NCBI GenBank assembly: GCA_963737025.1
Contig: CAVTRA010000002.1
Location: forward strand, 276,856 to 340,855
DNA: 64,000 bases
Source: an uncultured Solirubrobacteraceae bacterium
Lineage (GTDB): Bacteria > Actinomycetota > Thermoleophilia > Solirubrobacterales > Solirubrobacteraceae
Direction of reading: 5' to 3'
Below are positions 54,164 through 63,004 of this stretch, piece after piece; the first letter of the stretch is position 1; every line of letters starts with the position of its first letter. The translations under genes and the position numbers were made by a program. A model generated the notes under the pieces. It searched no databases and was not told where the DNA came from. It worked only from the letters and a program-made list of their open reading frames with translations.

Positions 54164-55111
54164 TCAGCTGTGCTCGTAGCCGAGCAGCGCGAAGTTCTCG
54201 AGCGCGGCGTCCACCGCGGCCTCGGCGGCGTTGACCTGGGGTTCGGCGCTGGCGTAGCCGACGGGTTCGCCGGCGGCGACGGCGAGGGCCGTGTACGCGT
54301 CGTGCGCATGTTGCAGCGAGCTCGCGAGAGCCGCCTGAGCCGCGCTCGCGGGTAGCGGCGGTTCGAGCGCCGCGACGGCCGCGGAAGTACGGGCGAAGCT
54401 GGCGGCGAGCCTCGTCGCGAGCGTGGCGACCGTTTCCGGCTGGGCGCGCATCTGAGCGCGCAACGTCACGCGTTCCTTGTCAAGGCTGCCGATCAATCCG
54501 CTGAGCTGATTTGCATAGGTGGCGTCCGGGCTGAGCGCGTATGAGCTCTGGGTCACGACCGTCGCCTTCGCCACGATTTGCTCGCACTGCTGCAGGTAAC
54601 TGGAGTACCCGCTCGCCGCGTAGCAGACGAGCGCGGTTGGATTCGCGCCCGCGGCCGGAACCACATAGACGTCGAGAGTGCGTTCGTAGCCGGTGATCGC
54701 GCTGTACCTGTAGGCCTCCCCGTTTCCTAGGCTCACGACTTCGGTGCGGGGAACGACGTGCATGAGCGAGACGAACGACGCCGGCAGCGGGCTCGGCTGG
54801 CCGGCGGGGAGTTGCCCGCTGAGCAGACCGGCCTCAGATGCGTGCCCACCGGGCGCGAGCAGCAGCGGGTGTTCGATCGGCAGTCCCGCCAACACTGGAG
54901 CCGCACCGGAGGTCTGCCACCCGGCCGGGTATTCCAAAATGACGCTTGGCCCCGAGGCGATCCGCGTCTCCGCGGCAGAGGCGCCTGAACCGGGCGGCGA
55001 CGATGGGGCTGACGAGCGTTGGCTGCCGATCAGGTAGGCGGCGATCGCGACCGCGAGGAGAACCGGGATCACGACCGGCGGCACGGTGCGACGCGGGCGC
55101 GAGTTTTCCAT
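54164..55111 (-). CDS. Hypothetical membrane-anchored protein (PsbP/DcrB-like region followed by a helical domain, tentative)
   Basis: N-terminal TM (VVIPVLLAVAIAAYLIG), ILEYPAGWQ motif, AYRY...LDVYVVP...ALVCY...CEQIV, then an Ala-rich helical region. Confidence 0.7.
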   Translation of the reverse strand: MENSRPRRTVPPVVIPVLLAVAIAAYLIGSQRSSAPSSPPGSGASAAETRIASGPSVILEYPAGWQTSGAAPVLAGLPIEHPLLLAPGGHASEAGLLSGQLPAGQPSPLPASFVSLMHVVPRTEVVSLGNGEAYRYSAITGYERTLDVYVVPAAGANPTALVCYAASGYSSYLQQCEQIVAKATVVTQSSYALSPDATYANQLSGLIGSLDKERVTLRAQMRAQPETVATLATRLAASFARTSAAVAALEPPLPASAAQAALASSLQHAHDAYTALAVAAGEPVGYASAEPQVNAAEAAVDAALENFALLGYEHS

Positions 55112-55114
55112 CGC

Positions 55115-55645
55115 TCAACCCGAGCTGTCAAATGACGTGCTGCCGCCGGTTTCAGATTTCGGAGTGCTCGAGCCGCTCGGCGCGTGCGCAGCGGGTGGCG
55201 GCGATGTTTGCGGCGGGCTGGCAGGTGCTTGGCTGACCGGCGCAGGCGCGGGGGCCGGAGGAGAGTACGCCGGCGCTGAGGGCGCGGCGGCGAGGGCCGG
55301 GGCACTCGACGGCGAGGAAGCCGGCGCCGACTGGGAGGTCGAACCGGTTGTCGAGGCGGCGCTAGTGGACGTCGAGCGCGCGGGAGCCGATACTGCGACC
55401 ACCGGGACGGCGATCGGCGGAGAACTCGCCAAGCGCACGGGAATCGCGGGGCCTATGAAGGCCGTCGAGACGCTCGCCGGGAGCTGTTCACGAGGTGTAT
55501 TCGCAGGGCGCTCTGAGCGTCCGATCGCGAAGAAGCACGCGAACACGGCGGCGCAGAGCAGCATCGCCAGCACAATCGTGCGCGCGTAGGTGGCGACTGG
55601 TCCTCGCTCGGCATCAAGCGTTGGGGAGATGCGAACGCTGTTCAT
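55115..55645 (-). CDS. Hypothetical single-TM Pro/Ser/Ala-rich protein
   Basis: TM IVLAMLLCAAVFACFFAIG and a low-complexity stalk ending SFDSSG. The ATG overlaps the upstream stop (ATGA). Confidence 0.65.
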   Translation of the reverse strand: MNSVRISPTLDAERGPVATYARTIVLAMLLCAAVFACFFAIGRSERPANTPREQLPASVSTAFIGPAIPVRLASSPPIAVPVVAVSAPARSTSTSAASTTGSTSQSAPASSPSSAPALAAAPSAPAYSPPAPAPAPVSQAPASPPQTSPPPAAHAPSGSSTPKSETGGSTSFDSSG

Positions 55646-58600
55646 GACGGGCACGCCATCGGGGTAGTTCCCGCGGGGTTGAGGCACTGGTCGACCCGCG
55701 TGGGCGATTTGCCGCGGTGGATCACGAATCGTGTGAACTTGCCTATCTCACCTGGTTTGGAGATCCACACCTCGAGCACGACGCCACCCCGCAGGAAGCG
55801 CTCGAACCGCCGGAACGTGATCTGCGCGGTGCCCGACTTGCTCTTGGTGCCTGCCGTCGCGACGAAAGCTTGAGACTTGGCCGGACAGCCCTTTCCGCGA
55901 CACGTCACCGTAACGTGCGCGCCCACCGGGGTGAGCGCCGCAAGCAGACTGATTTTGGCGCCCGCCGCACTGAACGATCCAGCCATGCGCACGACCGGGA
56001 ACGGTTGCATCAGTGGCACGGGCGCCGCCGCCACAGCGACCTTCTCTGCGACCGTGCTCGACATGCCGCTTGCGTCGGTTACCTGCAGCTGGACGGTGTG
56101 CACGCCCGGCGTTGAGAATGACGTTGTCAACGTCGATTCACCCTGAGTGAAGACGCTGTTGCCCGCAGCAGACCAGGCGTAGCTGGTGATCGGCGAGCTG
56201 CCGCCTGTCGAGTTCGACGCGAAGGTGACCGGTTCCCCGGTTTGTGGATCGGCCGGAATCCATTTGAACGACGCCACGGGGGGCACGAGAGCCGCTGGCG
56301 TCGGCTGGGCAAGCACGGTAAATGTCACGGGTTGGCTGAGGCCAACGTTATCGAGGTCATCGCTCTGTTCAGCCTGCGCCGTGTATGTACCCGGGCTCAG
56401 TCCCCCCAACACGGCCGACCATGCGCCATTGGTGGCCGCGACTGTGACGGACTCAACGGCCGGCGTCGTAATCGTAGGACCGGCGTAGAGTCGGACCGTG
56501 ATCCCGGGCAGATCCGCTGGTTCCGTTTCGGCTGAACCGCCAAACGTCTGCGACGAGCCGTATGTCGAGCTGCCGTTAGCAGGCGAGGTCAGCGTGACCT
56601 GCGGCGTATGCGCTGCGACCGTAAAGATCGCCGTGCGTTCGCTGCGATCGCCAGCCTCGTCGGATTGTTCAGCCACCGCAGTGTAGGTCCCGTTGGGCAG
56701 CGCTGTCCCGATAGGACCTGTTGTCCAGTCGCTGCCTTCGGCTGTGGCATCGACGATCTGGGGGCTTCCTGACACGGCGCTTCCCTTATAGATCCTCACC
56801 GTAACCAGTGACAGATCGCCGGCCCCGTTTCCGGCATGACCGCTGAACGTCGGGCGCGAGGTAGCCAGCGCTTCACCATCCGTCGGGGTTTCCAAAGTCA
56901 AAGCTGGCGCAGTCGTATCGACGGTGAAACTCACCGCGGCACTCGTCGCCTTGTGACCCGCGTCGTCGCTTTGTTCAGCCTGTGCCGTGTACACGCCATC
57001 AGCCAGATGTGGAGCGAGGTACGACCACGTTTCGCCTTTCATCGACGCGCTTCCCGATGCCGCGACGCTTCCCGATACCGAGCCCCCGGAGTGGATCGTG
57101 ACCTTGACGGGTTCATCCCAAGCCACCGCGCCCCCAGAGCCGGTTAGCGTCGGATTGGCCGTGTTCACGAAGCTATCGTTCGCAGGTGAAGCCAGCGTCA
57201 CCACCGGCGCGGCGGTATCGATTGTAAACGTGACCGGCGTACTGAAGCCGGTCTGTGAGGTTTCGTCTGCCTGTTCCGCCTGCGCCGTGTAAATCCCATC
57301 CGGGAGGGCTTCGACCGGGCCCACTTTCCATTTCGAACCGACGAGCAACCCTACGACGGTGCGCAGCGCCGCACCGGAAGCCGATGTCCCAGCGTAGACC
57401 TTAACGATCACGGATTTGCCGTCTTCGGGTTGAGTTCCGCCGCTGCCACTGAAGCTCGGCGTCGCACTTGCCAGCAGGTGCGCTTCGTGTACTTCGAAGC
57501 CGGGGGTTTCGAGCGTCACCTTGGGCGAGTTCGTCGCGATCGTGAATGTCGTCGTCCGCTGGGTGCGGTTACCGGCTTCGTCGGACTGTTCTGCCAAGGC
57601 TGTATAAACGCCATTGGCGAGCGCCGGACCGGTGGAGCCGGTCGTCCAACTACCCGCTTGCGGCGTCGCGGTCAACGTCTGGATGGGACTGCCAGACGCC
57701 GAACTGCCCTTGTAGAGTTTCAGCGTGACTAGCGGGTGATCGCCGGTCGCGTGCCCCGCAAGGCCGCTGAATGTCGGCCGGGACGTCGCGAGTTCTTCTC
57801 CGTCTTGTGGCGTTTCCAAAGTCAACGCCGGCGGGACCGTCTCGACAGTGAACGTCACGGCATTGCTCATCCCGGGAGGGTGTTCAGCCTCATCCCCCTG
57901 TTCGGCCTGAGCGGTGTAGACGCCGTCGGCCAGATGCGGGGTGGAATACGACCACGTGCCGCTCTTGACCGAAACGCTCGTCGACGACGCGACGACTTCT
58001 CCTGACACGGAGCTGCCTCGGTGAACCTTGACCGTGAGCCGTGGAGCGTCCCATGGGGCTGCTCCTCCCTGCCCGCTCAGCGTCGGGTTCGGCGTGTTCA
58101 CAAACGCTCCTTCAGCGGGAGAGGTCAATGTCACCACCGGCGCGGCGGTATCGACCGTGAACGTCACGGCATTGCTCCTCCCGGTATGCCCGGCTTGGTC
58201 GCTTTGACTCGCCTGCGCCGTGTAGATGCCGTCGCTCAGGTGCGGCACCGAATAGGCCCAAACCCCACCGCTGACCGGAGCCTCTTCCAGCGCGACGACT
58301 TCTCCGCTCAGCGAACCACCTTCGTGGATCGCGACCGCGACGGTTGATTCGTCCCAGGCGGCCGTCGCAGCGGTCCCTGTCAATGTCGGATCGGACGCGG
58401 TTACCAGAGCACCCTCTTCCGGCGATGTCAACGTGACGGTCGGCGCGCTCGCATCGACTGTGAACGTCACCGCCGAGCTCGTGCCGGTGTGGCCCGCTTC
58501 GTCGCTCTGCGACACCTGCGCCGTATATTCGCCCGTGCTCAAATGCGACCCGTAGGACCATTTCCCGCCACTCACCGGCGCACTCCCCGACGCTTCTAGT

Positions 58601-59763
58601 TTGCCCGACAGCGAATCGCCCTGATGAATCACGACCGTGACGTTCGAATCGTCCCACGGCGCCGTCGCGGCGGCCCCGCCCAAGCTCTGAGAAGAGCTGG
58701 TCAGCAGAGCCCCACTGGCCGGCGAGGTCAACGTCACTTCCGGCGGATTGGCATCGACTGTGAACGTCACCGCCGCGCTCGTGCCCGTGTGGCCCGCTTC
58801 GTCGCCCTGCGACGCCTGCGCCGTGTAGATGCCATCGCTTAAGCTCGGCGCGTAGGACCATTTGCCGCCGCTGACCGGGACGCTCGCCGACGCTTCGAGG
58901 TGCCCCGACAGCGAATCGCCCTGATGAATCGCGACCGCAACAGTCGAATCGTCCCACGTCGCCGTCGCGGCGCCCCCGCTCAATGTCGGATTCGAGGTGT
59001 CCAGGACAGCCCCATTTGACGGCGAACCCAGCGTGACCAGCGGCGCGTTCGCATCGAGCGTGAACGTGACCGCGCCGCTCGTGCCCGTATCGCCGACTTC
59101 GTCGCGCTGCTTGGCCTGCGCCGTATAGACGCCATCACTGAGGTGCGGCGCGGAATACGACCAGGTCCCGTTGTTCATTGACGCGCTTCCCGACGCGGCG
59201 ACGCTCCCCGCGACGGAGTCGCCGGCGTGGATCGTGACCTTCACGGGTTCGTCCCAGGGTTCGGCACCGGCAGCTCCGGTTAGCGTCGGAGTCGATGTCT
59301 TCAGGACCGCGCCTTCTGCTGGCGAGGTCACTGTCACAACCGGTTCGGTCTCCACCGTGAATGTCACAGGAGGAGCACTCGTACCGGTCGCCCCTTCTTC
59401 GTTCGTCTGTTCGGCCACCGCGGTGTATTCGCCCTGGTCAAGCGGGGTGGCCGGTGTGATTTCCCAGCTGTCTTCAACCATCCCCGCCTGTGTAGGGGCG
59501 AACGTGGTCCACGCCTGGACGAGCGAGCCTTCGTCGTATATGTCGAGCGTGACTGGATCGAACGCCGAGGTCATTTCATCGAGCACATCGCTGGTCGTAC
59601 CGCTGAACACCGGCGTCTGGCTGTCTGTGGCGTTCCCCGGGAACGGCTGGATCGTGAGTTCGGGCGCAGCGGCCAACGCCGTCCCCTGCAGGGCCGCCAC
59701 CAGCACGATCAGCGCGCCGAGCGCCGTCGCAATCGCTCGCGCAAGGCTCCTACGCGCCATCAT
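55642..59763 (-). CDS. Large secreted Ig-like repeat protein (11 repeats of about 100 aa, PKD domain, basic C-terminal domain)
   Basis: Eleven (A/P)P-x-(V/L)T(L/I)-x-(S/T)P...P(T/S/V)(L/F)(S/T)G...L-x-DG-x-YTA-x-A-x-Q-x-D units, then PVASF...PVTFAS...YAW...GVHTVQLQVTD (PKD). Signal after MMARRSLAR. Start uncertain (59763-59847). Confidence 0.88.
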   Translation of the reverse strand: MMARRSLARAIATALGALIVLVAALQGTALAAAPELTIQPFPGNATDSQTPVFSGTTSDVLDEMTSAFDPVTLDIYDEGSLVQAWTTFAPTQAGMVEDSWEITPATPLDQGEYTAVAEQTNEEGATGTSAPPVTFTVETEPVVTVTSPAEGAVLKTSTPTLTGAAGAEPWDEPVKVTIHAGDSVAGSVAASGSASMNNGTWSYSAPHLSDGVYTAQAKQRDEVGDTGTSGAVTFTLDANAPLVTLGSPSNGAVLDTSNPTLSGGAATATWDDSTVAVAIHQGDSLSGHLEASASVPVSGGKWSYAPSLSDGIYTAQASQGDEAGHTGTSAAVTFTVDANPPEVTLTSPASGALLTSSSQSLGGAAATAPWDDSNVTVVIHQGDSLSGKLEASGSAPVSGGKWSYGSHLSTGEYTAQVSQSDEAGHTGTSSAVTFTVDASAPTVTLTSPEEGALVTASDPTLTGTAATAAWDESTVAVAIHEGGSLSGEVVALEEAPVSGGVWAYSVPHLSDGIYTAQASQSDQAGHTGRSNAVTFTVDTAAPVVTLTSPAEGAFVNTPNPTLSGQGGAAPWDAPRLTVKVHRGSSVSGEVVASSTSVSVKSGTWSYSTPHLADGVYTAQAEQGDEAEHPPGMSNAVTFTVETVPPALTLETPQDGEELATSRPTFSGLAGHATGDHPLVTLKLYKGSSASGSPIQTLTATPQAGSWTTGSTGPALANGVYTALAEQSDEAGNRTQRTTTFTIATNSPKVTLETPGFEVHEAHLLASATPSFSGSGGTQPEDGKSVIVKVYAGTSASGAALRTVVGLLVGSKWKVGPVEALPDGIYTAQAEQADETSQTGFSTPVTFTIDTAAPVVTLASPANDSFVNTANPTLTGSGGAVAWDEPVKVTIHSGGSVSGSVAASGSASMKGETWSYLAPHLADGVYTAQAEQSDDAGHKATSAAVSFTVDTTAPALTLETPTDGEALATSRPTFSGHAGNGAGDLSLVTVRIYKGSAVSGSPQIVDATAEGSDWTTGPIGTALPNGTYTAVAEQSDEAGDRSERTAIFTVAAHTPQVTLTSPANGSSTYGSSQTFGGSAETEPADLPGITVRLYAGPTITTPAVESVTVAATNGAWSAVLGGLSPGTYTAQAEQSDDLDNVGLSQPVTFTVLAQPTPAALVPPVASFKWIPADPQTGEPVTFASNSTGGSSPITSYAWSAAGNSVFTQGESTLTTSFSTPGVHTVQLQVTDASGMSSTVAEKVAVAAAPVPLMQPFPVVRMAGSFSAAGAKISLLAALTPVGAHVTVTCRGKGCPAKSQAFVATAGTKSKSGTAQITFRRFERFLRGGVVLEVWISKPGEIGKFTRFVIHRGKSPTRVDQCLNPAGTTPMACPS

Positions 59764-60031
59764 CGAAAAAGCCGCTCCAAACCTTGTCGTCATCCATCCG
59801 GGTCCCACTCCACGGCCTCGGGCAGCATCCATATCCGCCCGGCCCACCTTTCCGCCGCCGCAAATGATACGCGAGATTTGGGCCAGAATTCAAAGCTTTG
59901 CCCGTTTGCCCAGACGTTCACAGCCGGCAGTACTCGTACAGCGCCCCGGCGGGGAGGCTGTGGATCGCCGCGCAGAGCGGCTCGAGGTGCCAGCTGACGC
60001 GCCGGCCGAACCACGCGGTTCGAGGCGCCCG

Positions 60032-60445
60032 CTAGATATCCAGGAAGCGCAGTACGACCCGGCCGAGCACGATCACGTCGCCGTTGCTCAGCTCGGCCTG
60101 CTGTACGCGCCGGCCGTTCACGAACGTGCCGTTGGCGCTGCGGTCATCGAGGATCCGGGCGCCGGCGGGGCGTGGAACGAGGATCGCGTGACGTCGCGAG
60201 ACGGAGTTGTCGTCCAGGCGGAGCCCCGCCGAGAGGCCCCGCCCGATGTGCACGGCCTCGCCCGCGAGCGGGATCAGTAGGGCGCGCTCGGGCCCCTGGA
60301 TTTCGATGTAGCGGCCCGGTTGAGTGGGCTCTGCCGGTTCGACGGCCAAGGCCCGGTGGCGGACGCGCTCGTCCAGGCACGCAGTCGGGTCGAACCTCTC
60401 GGTCACCCCGTCGGCAGTGGAGCGGATGAGTGCTTGCGCGGTCAT
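60032..60445 (-). CDS. FHA-domain protein
   Basis: HIGRG, VSRRHA, DDRSANGTFVNG, L-x-NGDVIVLG (FHA signature). Confidence 0.92.
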   Translation of the reverse strand: MTAQALIRSTADGVTERFDPTACLDERVRHRALAVEPAEPTQPGRYIEIQGPERALLIPLAGEAVHIGRGLSAGLRLDDNSVSRRHAILVPRPAGARILDDRSANGTFVNGRRVQQAELSNGDVIVLGRVVLRFLDI

Positions 60446-60536
60446 GCCAAAAGCACAACGCATGCTACTCAGGAAAACCTCAACCGTCGCTAAGAAAAGA
60501 GGAAATAAAGAGCTGCGGCGGCGAAGCCGGCTCAGC

Positions 60537-60719
60537 TCAGGCGAGGCTCCCCGATGAGCCGCCGGGTCCTGCCCCTCTTGCCGCCTTACGACGCGCCATG
60601 CGCTTCGAGCTCAGCCATCCCCAGCCACCGACGGCGACGACGGGCACCACGAACATCATCGAGATGTACCAGTGCGTCAGGCAGGCCAGTACGGGCGCCA
60701 TCGCCGCAAAATCTAGCAC
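60537..60719 (-). CDS. Small single-TM membrane protein
   Basis: LACLTHWYISMMFVVPVVAVGGWGWL followed by the basic SSKRMARRK; starts 4 nt after the upstream stop. Confidence 0.55.
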   Translation of the reverse strand: MLDFAAMAPVLACLTHWYISMMFVVPVVAVGGWGWLSSKRMARRKAARGAGPGGSSGSLA

Positions 60720-60723
60720 GTGC

Positions 60724-61476
60724 TCACCACGCCTCTTTGCCCGGCGCGCGAGCTTCCTGCGCGCCCGCGCCGGCGGGAACGGTGCGCCCCCGGCGGCGGC
60801 GCACGAACAGCACGAATGCGACGCCCGCCACGACGATCGCGACGCCCAGGATGATCACGGCGAGCGGCGCCTTGGAGCTCTCGGGTGTCCAGTAGAGCTG
60901 CCCGGCGATCGCGCCCTTGGTGGAGCCGACCGCGATCGGTACCTGCCAGTTGAAGATCAGCGTGCGCCGGCTCTTGTTCTTGACGTTCGCCGGTGGCACG
61001 GGCGACATCCAGTGGATGCGGTGGTCGTGCCATTCGAACTGGCCGGTGCGGTCGATCACCTGCCACTGGGGAGGGTCGCTCGCCTTGGCGCTCGGCGGGA
61101 CGGTCACCTGCGCGTAGAAGTTCGTGTTCAGGTAGCTGGCCGGCGAACGCACGTTCTGCTCGACGGTGCCGTTGGCGAGCACGCGAGCGTAGGGCTCGCC
61201 TTCGTATCCATAGATCGTGACCGTCTTGCCGGTGTGGTTTGTCAGCAGGATGCGGTCGGCGAACTCGAGCACCTGGAAGCTGAGCCCGGGAACGCTCGGC
61301 GTGACGGCGGTGATGTTGGAGCGATACTCGTAGCTCGAGCCCTGGTCGTTGATCGGATTGGCGCTCTCCGAGGTCGTGGTGCTCGCGGCGAGCGACGCGG
61401 AGCTCAGGAGCAACGGCTGTGCGAGGCACGCGGCGGCGGCCAGCAGCGCGATGAACATGCGACGGGCCATCGTCAA
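60724..61476 (-). CDS. Hypothetical exported protein with a C-terminal membrane anchor and a His-rich motif
   Basis: Signal peptide, EWHDHRIHW motif, C-terminal TM followed by RRRRGR. Confidence 0.8.
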   Translation of the reverse strand: MTMARRMFIALLAAAACLAQPLLLSSASLAASTTTSESANPINDQGSSYEYRSNITAVTPSVPGLSFQVLEFADRILLTNHTGKTVTIYGYEGEPYARVLANGTVEQNVRSPASYLNTNFYAQVTVPPSAKASDPPQWQVIDRTGQFEWHDHRIHWMSPVPPANVKNKSRRTLIFNWQVPIAVGSTKGAIAGQLYWTPESSKAPLAVIILGVAIVVAGVAFVLFVRRRRGRTVPAGAGAQEARAPGKEAW

Positions 61477-61501
61477 GGACCGTAGCGCAGGCGAACCCGT
61501 C

Positions 61502-62932
61502 TCATGTCCCTACCGCCGACAGCAGCCACAACCCGAAGCTCGTAAACGCGACCATCACCGCCAGCATCCAGTACTGGCTGCGCACGGCCTCTTCGGGGTC
61601 CTTGTAGAGGACGAGGGCGCGGTCGTGCGCGAGCGCGAGGCCACCGACGTGGCCGGTGACGAGCGCTGCCACCTGGACGTACCAGATCGCGGCATAGGAG
61701 ATCACGTGGTAGTCGATCTGATAGCTGCTCGTACCGAACAGGTTCGCACCGTTGCCGAGCGGATCTGAGGCGAGGTAGATCATCGCCTGGCTCTGCCAGA
61801 TCAGCAGCGAGAAGTAGTGCGCGAGCACGTACGCGAAGGCGATCGGCACGAGCGTGTGCGCGAAGGTACGGGTCAGCGTGCTCGAGTCGTAGCGCTCGCT
61901 GACACGGCGCACCCCGAAGATCCCCACCCGGTAGACGGCGAGGATCACGAGGATGCAGAGCAGCAGGCCGACCGAGTACGCGAGCTCCTGCGCCGGCGTG
62001 GGACCAAGGCCGACTCCTTCGAAGACGCTCTGCAGGCTCGGCTCGTTGGTACGCCAGATGCCGCCGTTGCTGAAGCCGTCGAAGGTCGTCGTGCCGATCA
62101 GCGTGCAGATGAACACGACCATGCCCGAACCGACGTGCAGGTCCGTGACGCCGCTGAGCGGTCGGCGCACATACACCGCGCCGTCCTCGCGCCGCACGAG
62201 CGCCGAGAGCTTGGAGAGCAGGTTGAAGTACACACCGAAGCCGTCGGCCTGCGAGCTCCACTCCTCCACGCCGAACAGCGCCATCCCCGCGAGCATCGCG
62301 AGGAAGTAGGCCAGCGACAGCGCAGCCAGCGTCGCGGGATGGTCTTTTTCGACGTAGACCAACTCGAGCCACGCGAAGCCGACGATCACGGCGATCGCGG
62401 GCCATACACCGAGCCACGGCGGGTAGCGCATCGGCGGCCTCGCCGGCCGCCCGCGGCGCAATGCGCGTGCCAGCGCCGCGAGCACCCGCCCACACGTCCT
62501 CCATGGGCTGAGCGCCCGGAAGACGTCGCCGAACAGCACGCTCGCCACCGGCACCCCCACCCAGAAGATGACGTAGAGGAACGTCACCGAGAAGTTCGCC
62601 TGCGTCACCTGTGCGCCGTCGAAACCGCTGTAGATCACGAGCGCGAACAGCGCCACGCCGACGAGGCCGGCTATCCATTCGACCGCCGCGGGCAGCTTGA
62701 ACAGCCTGCGCAGGTGTTGATCCTGGAGCTGTGGGCGCATCCACATCGTGGAGAGCGCCACGAACGACACGACCAGCACGATCGCCGCCGCCCAACTGAA
62801 CAACCACACGGGGATCGGGAGGTTGGCCTTGCCGACGATTCCGTGCGCGTCGGCGCTGGCGGGCAAGGTCAGCGCCACGAGGCCCAGGCCACCGAGCAGG
62901 ACCGCAAGCGCGCGCCGGAAAGGGGCTCTCAT
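61502..62932 (-). CDS. Uncharacterised polytopic membrane protein (resembles proteins often auto-annotated 'fenitrothion hydrolase')
   Basis: Signal ending ADA|HGIVG, LPIP.WLF.WAAAIVLVVSFVAL, about 10 TM segments, AHYFSLL, GHVGGLALAHDRAL, QYWMLAVMVAFT. No hydrolase motif seen. Confidence 0.8.
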   Translation of the reverse strand: MRAPFRRALAVLLGGLGLVALTLPASADAHGIVGKANLPIPVWLFSWAAAIVLVVSFVALSTMWMRPQLQDQHLRRLFKLPAAVEWIAGLVGVALFALVIYSGFDGAQVTQANFSVTFLYVIFWVGVPVASVLFGDVFRALSPWRTCGRVLAALARALRRGRPARPPMRYPPWLGVWPAIAVIVGFAWLELVYVEKDHPATLAALSLAYFLAMLAGMALFGVEEWSSQADGFGVYFNLLSKLSALVRREDGAVYVRRPLSGVTDLHVGSGMVVFICTLIGTTTFDGFSNGGIWRTNEPSLQSVFEGVGLGPTPAQELAYSVGLLLCILVILAVYRVGIFGVRRVSERYDSSTLTRTFAHTLVPIAFAYVLAHYFSLLIWQSQAMIYLASDPLGNGANLFGTSSYQIDYHVISYAAIWYVQVAALVTGHVGGLALAHDRALVLYKDPEEAVRSQYWMLAVMVAFTSFGLWLLSAVGT

Positions 62933-63004
62933 GGGTGGCGCAGTCTATGCATCCGGACGCCGCTGGCTCGCCGATCGACCCCGCTCTGGCGTACCCTCCG
63001 CTTG

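Noticed and set aside
55642-59763. Periodic DNA repeats as a CRISPR array or diversity-generating retroelement
   Set aside because: The repeats are in-frame coding Ig domains with ~300-bp period; no cas or reverse transcriptase gene is present.
59880-59925. Minus-strand GGGCAAACGGGCAAAGC upstream of the Ig-repeat gene, resembling a c-di-GMP-I aptamer
   Set aside because: There is no room for the GNRA-capped stem between the two motifs, and no receptor stem follows.
61502-62932. Functional call 'fenitrothion hydrolase'
   Set aside because: The protein is almost entirely transmembrane and shows no recognisable hydrolase catalytic motif.
61817-63004. N-terminal part of the 718-aa ORF (apparent CtaG fusion)
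   Set aside because: It lies antisense to the 61502-62932 membrane protein; ctaG has its own -10 box and ATG at 63005.
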